Below, piece by piece: positions 1-12,153 of a stretch of DNA of 64,000 bases. This stretch comes from Macrostomum lignano (Eukaryota). Numbering within the stretch: the stretch's first letter is position 1; each line of letters opens with the position of its first letter. The stretch covers positions 47,167 to 111,166 of the forward strand of contig NIVC01003210.1 of NCBI GenBank assembly GCA_002269645.1, in the 5' to 3' direction. The position numbers were made by a program, and so were the translations under genes. The notes beneath the pieces are model-generated. The model saw only the letters and a list, made by a program, of their open reading frames with translations. It was not told the origin of the DNA and ran no database searches.

Positions 1-683
1 GGTAGATTGCAACACCAAGGACCACTAGAAGTTACCGTTGTACTACGGTAGACAATGGTTTTGAAGGTTTTTCACCACTCGTGAAAAATTAATCATTGTT
101 CAATGTCTACCTCCAAAACCATATACACAATCTACCATTTGTTCCTTGTTCGTGAAAAGTAGATACATTGTAGTTAACATACATTATGCGCATCGTCTAC
201 ATGTGGCTCTTGTTTGCAAGGCAAATGCTAGTTGATGTTCTCATACGTGTACAGTGACCGATATAAACTTTTTTGTTTGTACATTATAGAATAAAAAATT
301 CTCATGGTCCAACTGTCTGCTACGCTCTTATTTTTAAATCTGACGCAGTCAGCTAATTTTTACTGGAAATTCGCGACTTAAGATATTCTTCTACCCTGTT
401 CAAAACTCTTCTATAGTGGCCTGGTTAAGTTAAAAATAGCATCAAGAAATCTCGTATGGGAATCCTTTCCACTGTACGTTCAGCATTAATGTACATTTGC
501 GTATGGCCTGTACGTTGAGGGGTGGTTGCTGGTTGGATTTTCCGAGTGCAGACTGGCCGTCAGTCTGCTTAGAACGGACCAGGTCTAGACTTGGATATTC
601 CAAGTGAAGTTTACAGTTAGTATTTAAATAATCCGGAGCTTGCACAGACTTTGCAGAGTGCCTTTACTGGCGCAATAAAAATC

Positions 684-1622
684 ATGCAGTACAACAAAAA
701 GCTACGCATCGACAAGTGGCTCAGACGGCACTTGAATCTGGGCGATCTGCACGGTCTGCAGTGGCTCATTAATCCTCAGCAGAGGCTATTCAAGGTCAGC
801 TGGTCTCACAAGTCTGGACAATCGTGGTCGTGCAACATTGCTAGCAGGAAGGATAACGTTTTTCTGGCCTATCACCAAGCAAGACGTGAGTGGCTGAGTG
901 CTATTACTTTTTATTGCTTATTGTGAATTATAAGATATAGATACGTTTTGCCGTGTAGGGACTGAGATACACCTGAGATGAGTCAAGATTTATTACTTTT
1001 GATTATATTACATTGCCATCAAAAAGCAAATGTGTAAGCTACCTCAAATTTATTAATTTCAGTTCCCGACTGTCTGCAAGCTCACTCGCGCCTGCCTGAC
1101 AGTGGCAACAACAAAAAGAAGCAGAAACTGCAGAAAATTCCAGACTACAAGAGACTAAAGCAGAACTTTCGTTGCGCCCTCCGCGGCAGCCGGTACATCC
1201 GTTACGAGCCCACTCTCAGCCAGTCAAGAGGCTGTGACGCCTACAGAGTGTACCGACTGCTGCTGCCCAACGAGTCAGGACTCGAAGAAGCTGACTACAA
1301 CGATGAAGAAGAGGCAACGCTGGAACAGCCAGACGAAGCCGACCAGCAAGAGCTGCAGCAGTTGCCCTGTCTCGATCGCGACGTCGATTTGGACCGAATT
1401 CTGCAGTCGCCAGCCTCGGATCCCAGGGACGAACTGTTGCCACTGATGTCAATGGAGCTGGACGAGCTGGACGAGCTGGACATCCTGATGACTGACGATG
1501 CCGAGACGCCAGACAGTCAGTCGCCCATCAGCTCGTCGCTGTCCTCGCCGCCTTTCGATCTGGATCAACCGCAGTTCGAGGCCGATGAAGACTTGCTTAA
1601 GTTGATGTTCAGCAGTAACTGA
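684..1622 (+). CDS. Interferon regulatory factor (IRF1/2-like) transcription factor, 2 exons (684-885, 1063-1622), ~253 aa, N-terminal IRF DNA-binding domain and acidic C-terminal tail
   Basis: Exon 1 KKLRIDKWLRRHLNLGDLHGLQWLINPQQRLFKVSWSHK; exon 2 PDYKRLKQNFRCALRGSRYIRYEPTLSQSRGCDAYRVYRLL matches the IRF motif PDPKTWKANFRCA...AVRVYRML. The GT donor at 886 and ttcAG acceptor at 1062 join in phase 1 into the 1248-1622 ORF. Confidence 0.88.
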
Positions 1623-2008
1623 AGACTGAGGACTTTTGAGTCATATTAGTCAAAAAATAAGCACCATACTTTTGCACTTATCACTGCTGCATGTGTAAAT
1701 ATTGTGAACTGTATAAGGATAACAAAATACTCTTTCACAAACCCACGCCTACGCAACCCAGCTAGTGATGTACCTTGCATATGCACGTACATTTTCAACA
1801 CATACACAAATCGTACACATACATTTTGGCTCGTATTTTTGGGACAAGAAATAATGTACGCTCCTTTTTGTTTCTTGTTAAGTTTATTTCAAACATATAA
1901 CAGTTATTAAACTAGTCATCGAATAGCATATATATTTATTGCAATTTATCCATCTTGTAGGATAGTACAAAAATTTATGAAAAACCTCCGTTAGTCTTTA
2001 TTCCTTAG

Positions 2009-2282
2009 CTTCCAGGACAGGCTAGACCTGAACTTCCGGGACAGGTTAGACCTAAACTTCCAGGACGGATTAGACCTAAACTTTCAGGACAGGTTAGACC
2101 TAAACTTCCAGGACGCGTTAGACCTAAACTTCCAGGACGCGTTAGACCTAAACTTCCAGGACGGGTTAGACCTAAACTTTCAAGACAAGTTAGAGCTAGA
2201 CCTAAACTTTCACAGGTTAGACCTAAACTTCCAGGACAGGTTAGACCTAAACTTCCAGGACTGTTTAGAGCTAAACTTCCGG
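2009..2282. repeat. 24-bp minisatellite (cttccaggacaggttagacctaaa), ~11 copies, between the converging 3' ends of IRF and CPQ
   Basis: Direct tandem periodicity visible in sequence. Confidence 0.9.
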
Positions 2283-2313
2283 AAGTGTGGCGTTTCTTGT
2301 ATGGCGCCTATCC

Positions 2314-5300
2314 CTAAGCTTCCTGACTGGGCTCCTTATCCGCAGCCTGCTCCGGTCCCCTCGGCAACATGGTGCTGGCATCGGCCAAGTTCAACGCCAC
2401 CACGGCCATCACGGCTGTGCAGCGGTCCATCTCGAACGGGTCCTGCACGCTGACTGTGTCGCCGCGGGAATGATGAAATTGGAAGTAGAAATCGGCTGAC
2501 TCGCCTGTCCTCTGCGTGACCAGATTGCCAACTGGGACGCCTACGCTCGCCCATTCGGTGATGTCCGGACCGTCCAGCTTCTCGAAAACGTTGCAAGCGC
2601 CGAGTGACGACTCCAGCGGCTGCAGGACGGTGCGCAGGGCGGCTGTCGTCGCAGCCGAACCGCTGCAGGTGACGCCTCTGGGATCAAAGGTGCCGCCGTC
2701 CGTTTCCAGCATGTAGCTGAGCCTGCCAGCGAGCTCGCTTGAGTGCGCCTGAGCACAAGACAAACGAGTTGATACGAGTAATAAAGCAGACTTATATAAA
2801 GCTATCGTCAAATTTTTATGACACTACTTCTATACTAAGTAGTGCGATATTGGGTTTAAAGAAAAAAATCAAAACTTGTTTATTATCTGTTACTCTCGAC
2901 TTTGATTTTTGTCTTGCACAGTTATCTGTTCTATACTAGCTTACGGTTAAGCAAAGGTGGTCGTGGCTAGCATGTAGGTGTAGGCTATGAGACAGGCTGT
3001 CTGCCTGTCTTACTGTCTGCCTGTCTTACTGTCTGCCTGTCTTACTGTCTGCCTGTCTTACTGTCTGCCTGTCTTACTGTCTGCCTGTCTTACTGTCTGC
3101 CTGTCCTTCTGTCTGCCTGTCTTACTGTCTGCCTTAGTGTCCGTCAGTCCCTCAGTCGGCACACCTCAAAGTACAGCCTGCCGCCCCACAGGCCGAGTTC
3201 CTCGCCGGAGAACAGTATCAGCCGGATGGTGCGCCGGGTCCGGTGCTCCTGCAGGGCCTGCCGGATGGTCCGCAGGGCCTCCCAGGCGACAAAGACGCCG
3301 CCAGCATCGTCCATGGCGCCCTGTAAGGAAAGTTCAACGTCAAGGACAAAAGAAAATCACAACTACTGTGCACCAAATCCATTTAAAAGTTCCCAGAAAG
3401 CGCCGAAAAATCACATGCGAGGATTTTCCATACAGATATCCCAAAACTTCGCCTTCAGAGGATCCCAAAATCTGCTTCACACAGCTCCCCACCTGTCCCA
3501 CATCCCAGCAGTCGATGTGAGCGCACAGCACCACCAGCTCGTGCGCCACGGCCGGATCGCAGCCAGGCAAATCCGCCACAATATTCCTCGACCTGATGGA
3601 GTCGAACTCGGTCGGGCTGCACTGAATTGACAGTCGAATTCTTGGCGTCTGTCGGCGCCGCTGCCAACGCGCCAAAGCTTCAGCGTCATCTGGCGCCAGA
3701 CAGGCCGCCGGGATCGGGCTGGCGGTGGCGCCAGCGGCGTCGAACAGAGTCACCCCGGCGTGCGGCGAGTCAACGGCGAGCGGCGTCACGGAGCGGACGA
3801 GGGCGGCTACGGCGCCGAATTTTGAGGCCAAGCTGGGCCCGTGATTGCGGAACTGCCGGGTGCTGTCGTAGCCGGCCTGGGACAATGGGAGAGGGGGAGT
3901 GGCAGGGAGAGAGATAAAGAGGGACAAAGAGAGCTAAAAGACGTCACAATAAGAGAGTGGGGACTGACTGGGAAGGAGTGAGTGACAAGAAGGGAGGATG
4001 TCTGAGCGGAGCGATAAAGGGGGGCCGTAGCCCTGTGGTCTGGCGCGGCGTTCTGATGTGCCAGCGGCCCAGGCTCGATTCCAAATTCAGTCACATTAAT
4101 TAGGGGCTAAATTGGAATCTTGGTTTGGCTCTGCTTGTGCAATTAACGCCCTTGAGTGCCAACTCCCAAGGCACAGTGAAGTGTACATGACTAACGATAA
4201 ATAAAGTTAGGGCCGCTGTACACTCCTGTGTGAGTGTGCGCCTGTGCGTCTGACTGCGTACGTATCCGCGCGCTTGTGTGCCTGCTCAGGGGAGTCGGCG
4301 GAATGGGCAGCAGTAATTCCTCTCGCCGGTTGGTGACGATGTCACTCAGAGAGCGCCAGGGTGCACACAGCCCCTGCCTCTAATAAAAAGGGAGGGAATA
4401 AAAATTGATGAGGAGGGGAAGGTCTAAACGCCTCTCCGCTATATTGAAACTCGAAACCTGGACCCGTCTGGCAAACAAGGCCGTTAGCAGGCGCACAGGT
4501 GGCAAGTGCACATGCACTCGTCGGACGTTGCGTGTCCACCGCAAGCTCTCTTTCCTGCTTAAGTGTATGAATAATCTGCGAACGAATAGTTTCCATCTGC
4601 GATATAAATTTCCAATTGCATGTAGTTACATGTATCTGATGCGCTTCACAACCCCTGATTTGAGCACATGCGACCACGAATAGGCTATACTCTTATTTGA
4701 GGATGAAGCCCTCTATTCGCTCGTTGGTTGAATCGTGTCGAAAGACCAGAATCAGAACACGAGGAAACATTGAACCATTTCAGAGTAGAACAAACGACAG
4801 ATAGGGGTTTGTGGCCTAGTGGTCAGAGCGTCGGACTCACGACTTGAAGGTTGGGGGTTCGATTCTCGATCCACCTCGTAACAATTTGTGTCCTTGAGCA
4901 AGACACTTAACTCTGTATTGCTTCAGTTCACCCAGCTGTAAAATGGGTGCCAGCATTAGCTGGGTAATTGAGGGTGTGTGGCGACCCCCCAGTCCTTGGA
5001 CTGAATAGCCGTACGCAGCCTTCAGATGCGCCGCGCAATAGCTGCGGCTGAGCTGTCGGTTGCACATCTGCCCATTAGGGCAGGTGTAAAAGTAATCAAT
5101 TATTTTTATTATTAAACCACAGAGCAGTTGAGGAATCCTTAGACAAAAAGAAATTGGTTCACTCACCCAGGGCTGATTAAACACTACGATTCGTCCTCGG
5201 ACCAAGCCCTGAGCAGCTGCCGAATCAAGCTCGTTGAAGCTGTGCACCACGATGCAGTCGGCTTCAATGCCGCCTGGCAGGGTCGGGGCCGAGTAGCCCA

Positions 5301-5613
5301 GACTCAGCATGCTCAGCTTCCGTCGGACTGGTGACACGATAGAGGCCTCTTCGAGTCCGCGCGACCATCGCGGCATCCGGAACTCCTCGGTTTGGGCGTC
5401 CAGAAAGTCGCTGGTCCTCAGCTCGGCGACGGCCCAGTCGATGGCGCACTCCAGCTCGCGTGTGCCAGCCATCCTGCTGCTGAAACAGTCGACGAAATCC
5501 GACATGCGCTCGAACGCCTTGCCACGTCCGGGGCCGCGGATGACGTAATCGATGACTCGCTTGCTGTGAGACGCGGCGTCTTTTGATAATTGAAATTGGC
5601 CGCTTGAAGCCAT
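2314..5613 (-). CDS. CPQ: Carboxypeptidase Q (plasma glutamate carboxypeptidase, peptidase M28), 4 exons (5167-5613, 3493-3876, 3165-3320, 2314-2748), ~473 aa
   Basis: Motifs [71 protein letters not shown] are colinear with CPQ. All introns are GT-AG, phase 0. Zinc ligands H, D, E, D, H are present. Confidence 0.95.
2990..3133. repeat. 16-bp tandem repeat (tctgcctgtcttactg) in CPQ intron 3
   Basis: Direct periodicity. Confidence 0.85.
4804..5115 (+). mobile_element. tRNA-derived CORE-type SINE, full-length copy, in CPQ intron 1
   Basis: A box TGGCCTAGTGG, B box GGTTCGATTC, central GTGTCCTTGAGCAAGACACTTAAC...CAGCTGTAAAATGGG resembling the MIR/CORE domain, 3' hairpin ctgccc-atta-gggcag, (TTA)-rich tail. 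Three more copies lie in the window. Confidence 0.8.
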
Positions 5614-7169
5614 GATTTCTCTTTACAGTTTCGTATTCTTGTTCCAAGTTTCCGTAAAAGCTGGTACGGAATTTATGTTCATACCCATTATCGGGGTTTT
5701 GTGGTGAATGCTTATCAGAATTTTGTCGTAATTGTTTATCTCTGTCTGACCCTCTCTGCTTGCCGCTATTGAACTGGGCTGTAAAGTCACCTTTCATGAG
5801 GTGGGTTGCTTCAAGAGTGCAGACGCCCTGCGAATCTCTTCTCTCTCTTCCTCGAGTTTGCACCATTGGGTGCAGTGTGGGTTCAGTGTACAGCACAATT
5901 GTGTACAGCACAGTGTACAGATTTATATTAATATGCCAACTCACGGAATCGAACCTAGGTACGGTTAAGTCAAGGCGTCTTAACCGCGGAGATACTACTT
6001 CTGCCCCGATCATTCAAACCAGAAGGTGATCACAGGACGAATGAATGTACATATCTATACACGGGAAGGTTAGGAACAGTGAAGTAAACACACAGATGGC
6101 TATATTTAGCTCTGCAGTGCACAGAGAAAAGTTTGGTAGAGAATACAGTAAATACGCTAGTAGCTCGTGATCAACTACAATGAAGACTTATTCTTGCATT
6201 CGGAAATTCCATTCGCATAGGAACGTACTGCACTGAGCGTACACGCAGGCACGAAATTTCGGGGCGTAAACAGAGCCTTTAGAACTCGTTTTGTTCTATC
6301 TCGGGTGGACGAGTTGCTTACATATGACGCATATATGTGGCTTTAAACGCAAAAAAATATTTTCATGCTTATTTGGATGCATTGTCAGCCTAAACAATAG
6401 CCAAGCTCAAATCTCAGCGCGATGTCCTGGGAGCTGAAGTCCAGCGCTCTAATCATCTTAGCCATGTCCGCGGCCAGCCTCTCCGAGTCCATGATTGCAG
6501 CGGATCGTGCTCAGAATGACAGAACAACTGATGACGGGGAGCCTGCTAATGGCGAGCATGAAGAGCTAGCGGAGGACAAGAAGAAGAAGATCGGTTCTCT
6601 TTCACCTATTTCATCTGCTGCGCAATCGTTTTGGCTGATCTGGCATGGTTGAGTAGGGCCGCTAACATTTGCGTCATTCTTTTGTTCATGTATTAACTAT
6701 GTGTATAACAGTAATTTGTTTAACATAAGTTGTCATAAATTTCGATCTAAAAATTCATAGCGCCTGTAATACACGTTTAAATAAATTACCAATACCGCAT
6801 GTAAATTATCAGCTTCTTTTGCTCGCATTCTAGTACTCTCGACAGCAAGTTCAGTCAATAGACCAGTCTCATATAAACACAAATAACTTTCATTGTGTAC
6901 TCGTATTAAAAATTTTCTTACTGTTTTTGTAATCTTTTCATTACCAATAAAAGCACGCAAGTCAAGCATATCATGTCAAGCAGAGAGTTAAAATGTAACA
7001 TGCAGATTGGCTTTATGTATTGCAAATAGCTATGTCAATTCTGTTTATTCTCAAGCTCGGAAAAAACGACACAGATATGTGCAGAGACGCGCACTCAGTG
7101 ATCTTGTATAAAAGGTCAAAAACTTTTTTACCTCAAGGGTTAGATACAGAACCTAGCGCATGAAGGCCA

Positions 7170-8155
7170 GATGAGGGGGAGGAGAGGGAAGAGAGAAGAG
7201 AGACGGGGGAAAGAAGTGAAGAATTAGGGAATAAAGGAGAAGAGAGGAGATGAAAAAAGAGAGACAAGAGAAGGGAGAGGGAAAGGGAGAGAAGAGAAGG
7301 GAGAGGGGAAGGGAGAGAAGAGAAGGGAGAGGAGAAGGAATGACAAGAGAGATGAAGAGAGATGGGAGAAGAGAAGAAAGAAGAGTAGGGGATAGAAGGA
7401 AGAGGACAGCAGAGAAGAGAGGAGAGTAGAAAGGAAAGAAGAGGGGAGAGGAAAGGAGAGGAGAGGAGAGGAGAGAAGAAGAAAGGAGAGGGGAGGAGAA
7501 GAGAAGAGAGGAGAGGAGAGGAGAGGAGAAGAGAAGAGAAGAGAGGAGAGGAGAGGAGAAGAGAGGAGAGGAGAGGAAAGGAGAGGAGAGGAAAGGAGAG
7601 GAGAGGAAAGGAGAGGAGAGGAGAAGAGAGAGAGGAGAGAGAGAGGAGAGGAGAGGAGAGGAGAGGAGAGGAGAGGAGAGGAGAGGAGAGGAGAGGAGAG
7701 GAGAGGAGAGGAGAGGAGAGGAGAGGAGAGGATAGGAGAAGAGAGAAGAGGAGAGGAGAGGAGAGGAGAGGAGAGGAGAGGAGAGGAGAGGAGAGGAGAG
7801 AGAGGAGAGGAGAGGAGAGGAGAGGAGAGGAGAGGAGAGGAGAGTAGAAGAGAGGAGAGGAGAGGAGAGGAGAGGAGAGGAGAGGAGAGGAGAGGAGAGG
7901 AGAGGAGAGGAGAGGAGAGGAGAGGAGAGGAGAGGAGAGGAGAGGAGAGGAGAGAAGAGGAGAGTAGAAGAGAGGAGAGGAGAGGAGAGGAGAGGAGAGG
8001 AGAGGAGAGGAGAGGAGAGGAGAGGAGAGGAGAGGAGAGGAGAGGAGAGGAGAGGAGAGGAGAGAAGAGGAGAGAAGAGGAGAGGAGAGGAGAGGAGAGG
8101 AGAGGAGAGGAGAGTAGAAGAGAGGAGAGGAGAGAAAAGGAGAAGAGAAAGGAGA
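7170..8155. repeat. ~1 kb polypurine (GAGAG/AGAGG)n microsatellite
   Basis: Near-pure pentamer array; source of spurious Leu/Ser/Pro ORFs. Confidence 0.95.
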
Positions 8156-8382
8156 GTCCTGGGGTTTGGCCCTCATGCAGCAACACGAAAATCTCTTGAC
8201 ACAATTTTTTTTGTGAGCGAGCCCCTTGCAATACTTTTGGCGAGTTTTGAGGTCAGAGCCGAACGTGCTTACCGTTCTCTGCTACTAACTACCTGCAGAT
8301 ACGCCAGCATTAGGTAAATAAAAATCAGTCAAAGTTAGAGATGCATGACATACATTGAATATGGCACATGTGTTCAACTCTG

Positions 8383-11215
8383 TCAAATCCAGTCAGTTCC
8401 CATCTGAAGCTTAGAGCCAAAAACGTTGCTGACATGCGTCAGATTCTGAAAGTAGAGCTTTGCTCCTCTGCCGTCGTAGATTGCGCCAATCTTCTTCATG
8501 TCGTGAATGGCAATTATAGGCTGGGTCTTGTCGGTGATTGGGTCCATATTGTTTATATCGGCGCAGTACCTGGCGTGTTTGAGTAAATATAGTGAGCTGT
8601 CACACGATCAAAATACATGTAAGTTTCGGCTTATTTTCAGAAGATTTTTTCGCAGGTAAACTGGGTCGTGTAATAAAAAATGAGCGATTGCTAGGAAGAT
8701 TCTGAGTAGACTGAGTGTGAGAAACTGCTCTCGAACTACAAAGAATAGACGTACACGTATACCTATTGTAGTTACGTCCGACAACCAGTGCCAAGGCAAT
8801 TCTGCTATTCTGTGCGCAGGTACGCACTCATACACAGGCTAACTGGTCAGACATGGTCAGAAACCAGGGGTCTTGATTCACTCTTTAATGTTGCTGAGTG
8901 TAAAGTTATGGTAAACTGGACAGGGCAAGCAAACTCCTTCCTGCTCACAATTGCAGCTGCATAGCTGAGGTTTCGTCAATCTTGTCGCAACGCCTGCTTA
9001 GAGCGGCCCTACGCTGAGGCAGGTAGATACTTCCCGATGCATCCATTCGGTTGCCCTCATAGGGATAGAAGCTGTACGATGGCGGGATGTACACAGTCTC
9101 CAGTGGACTGTTGGCCACAGGAAATGCGGCATTGTACCGCTCCAGTATTGCAGTCAGTCCGAATGGCCCCGCAAAGCTGAGCGGGCTGCCCCTGGCGAAG
9201 GGCACCGTCCGAAGCTCGTTGATGCAGTGCCGATAGAAGCTGTGCCCGGGAGCGGCCATCAGGAAGGCCGGATTGGCCATCGTTCTTGCAGGCCACTGGA
9301 ATTTGAAAAACTGCAGCGAGTGGGCTTCGGGCTCGCGGGTCACCACGGCGTAGAAGCGACGGTGGTCGTCCAGACTGGCAATCAGACTGTAGTCCAGGTC
9401 TGCGTACACGCCTCCGTACTGCAAGTAGGAGAGCCAGTTTATAATACGGTAAATTAGCCAAACACGGTAAATTTGGCAAAACATTTCTCGTTAAGTCTGG
9501 CTGGCTGGCCTCCTCCCTACCCCTGACACCCCCTGGTGAGAGGGGGGGGTTTCAGCGCAGATGAGCCCGCATCTACTAACGTTGGGTTTTGACGTTGGGT
9601 TTTTGAGTAGCAGTGCAGCAAAACTTACCCTGCATTCAATAACTCTAACCAATAAGTTACTGTGTGAGTCATTTAACCACGCTTCTGGCCTTCAGTTTAG
9701 TTTCTTTTGGGCAGACATGCAGCTGCTTATTGAGGCAAATTGCCATCGAATTTCGCCTATCGGCTGAAATTTCAGACTTTTCCCATGTTGTATTTTTGGC
9801 CATGAACGACTGCCTATCCAAACGCAGTGTTTTTTAAATCTTATTTAATCTAGCTGTTACCTGCCAGAGAAATTTTCCGTGACTTTCCCCGCCTTACGGC
9901 AATGTACAGGGTGTCCCATAAGTAACTTTACAACTTGTTTCGTGAATAACTTTGTGATTAATGCTTGGATCCCAACCAGATTTTAGCATGGGAAAATATA
10001 TAGAAAAGGGATTTTTTTGACACCAAAAGCATGTTCATATCAGGCCCAGATTTCGCCTGAGACGTTTACCAAAGCCCTGCTGGACTTTCCGCGGCGGCTG
10101 GAGGCCTGCCTTACAAACGGCGGGGCCACATCGAAGGACCCTGAACGGACTGTATTTTTTAACGTATGAACATGCTTTTGGTGTCAAAAAATCCCCCTTC
10201 TATATATTTTCCTATGCTAAAATTTGATGGGGATCCAAGCATTAATCACAAAGTTATTCACGAAACAAGTTGTAAAGTTACTTATGGGACACCCTGTACT
10301 TTACCAGCCTGGGCCAAGCAGAAATTCACAGCGTGCATTTTTTGCTCAGAGAGAATCAAGGATCTGAGTATTCCCTGCTATTCCACTTTCAGATCAAGTA
10401 GCTATTGAGTATAACTTGTATAGGAAGCCTTATTCTAACGTTATAAACGATAAAGGGCCACTTTTGGAGATTGTTTCTCTTATATCTTCCACTAAACATA
10501 CTAGCTAGAATGACGGGCCTCTTGACTATGAAGAAATAAACTTAACACTCTTATGTGAAATAAATCTCTGTGTCATGGACAACTGACGTACAAGGACGTC
10601 ATACTCGATCCAGAGTATAGTGTTTCGCTGCAAGTTTTGCGTCCTAATTTTGTTTTGAATTGCAATTATTCGATTAAGAATGATAATTGATTCAGAATTC
10701 AGCAAAACTTGAAATTTTACACTTCGACTTACCTTAAACAGCAGCATGTACCTGATCATTTCCACCTGCATGATTGTATACGGCGCCAATTCCATGAAAC
10801 GCCGCAAAGCACCAGGAAAATTCTTCCTCACAAACGGCTGCAGATCCTGGTCACGCCAAAGCACCACAGTCCAGTCTGGGTGCACTCGATGCCAGGTTTT
10901 CAGTTGCTCAGCGAAATAAGACGAAACATATTCGCTTTTCCATATCAGGTGTCGAACCGGTGGAATGGGATATCTGTCGCGATCTGTACTACCAGAGAAT
11001 GACAGATGCTTCAGGTAAGCAGACCTGCAGGAGAGATTCTGACACACCGTTGGCAGCTGAACATTTTTGCTGATCATGCTGTTGGACTCTACCGACGAAT
11101 GTACATCATGCGACAGACAGTGCTGTTGAATCAGCTGACTATAAGCCAATATAAGGCTGGTGATCGTTGCCAGCAGCAACAGAAACTTTAGTAGCTGGCG
11201 CTGAGCTCGAGTCAT
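8383..11215 (-). CDS. GT32 (SUR1/OCH1-like, DxD) glycosyltransferase copy 1, type II membrane protein, 3 exons (10733-11215, 8949-9418, 8383-8569), ~379 aa
   Basis: N-terminal hydrophobic anchor, IPPVRHLIW, WHRVHPDWTVVLWRDQDL, MIRYMLLFK|YGGVYADLD, PAFLMAAPGH, AGPFGLT. GT-AG introns in phase 0 and 2 give an open frame to TGA at 8383. Confidence 0.9.
9907..10296 (+). mobile_element. Tc1/mariner MITE, 390 bp, ~133-bp TIRs (cagggtgtcccataag...), TA target duplication, in GT32 copy 1 intron 1
   Basis: 9907-10039 is the near-perfect reverse complement of 10165-10296, with TA on both sides. The core retains a transposase C-terminus (QISPETFTKALLDFPRRLEACLTNGG-HIE). Confidence 0.9.
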
Positions 11216-11853
11216 ACTGTAGTTTTGCAACGCGCGACGGCAGCGAAGCAAACTAGCTGGTTGCCAATGCAGAGCCGCTCCCAATGAAGTTTATATACAC
11301 GACGCTATTGTACTCAGGGCTTATGGATTGAATGATTGCAACGGAGACTCTGCACTGACTCATGGACCAGAAAAAATTAATTACAATATTAGCCATTGCA
11401 AGTGCACTGCAGTAGTGTACAGTCATTTGGCTATGCTATCCAAAGCTAAATTTAACCAAGCGGCTTATATAAGAACTGTTTACTGCTTGCAATGGCATTT
11501 TTGCAGCTGCTGCTAAAGCTGACAATCAATACAGATAGAGCGGCTTAGGGCTTTATATTGTTTTCTTCAATGCAGTGCCACGTAGAATAAGTAGATATTA
11601 TGTGCCGTGTAAGCGGCTATAAAAGTAACTATATAGATTCGGTCATTTTAGTTACAGCCTTGTATTTACGTTAGTCAACATGCAATAATGAATACCCAGT
11701 TAGTGCATAGAATATTTGAATAAATTAAAGTTAAGTGTGCTTGTTTGTTTCAGATAAAACTAATTAGTAAAAACGAAACAAATTTAATGAGAGATGGAGC
11801 AATAAATCAAGTCAGAATGGTTTGCAATCTAAAAATTAGTACGAGTATACAGA

Positions 11854-12095
11854 CTAGCGCACTAAGCCCCTCATGAGGGCATTCAAATTCAAATTCAAAC
11901 GAAGCGCCCATTGAAGGCACTAAAAACATCGTTTTTCGAATATTTGACCCACTACCAATTCGAATTTTTCATCAAAAAAGTTAAACATGATTGCAGAAAA
12001 ATTAATTTTTTTAAAGTTCATTTGAAAAATTCGTTCAGACGGTTCTCGAAAAAATGAATTACAGACAGACAAACAGCGCCAAATTAGTATATGGA
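11854..12095 (-). mobile_element. Complete 242-bp non-autonomous Helitron
   Basis: Minus strand begins TC-CATATACTAA...GTCTGTCTG, ends with hairpin GCCCTCATGAGGGGC then CTAG, inserted between A and T. Confidence 0.75.
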
Positions 12096-12153
12096 TTTGG
12101 TTACGGCTCTAAACCATTTCCAATAGTCTGACACTTCTGCAACCTGCAGCAAG

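Noticed and set aside
4020-6000. tRNA genes at ~4020-4086 (+) and ~5934-6000 (-)
   Set aside because: A/B-box-like motifs only; I could not fold a cloverleaf; probably decayed SINE heads
6422-6652. 76-aa + strand ORF in a GC-rich island, or an upstream CPQ signal-peptide exon on the - strand
   Set aside because: No recognisable domain; the - strand frames have stops and no suitable donor; cannot be supported
7133-8231. 347-aa and 335-aa Leu/Ser/Pro ORFs
   Set aside because: Translations of the (CTCTC)n microsatellite
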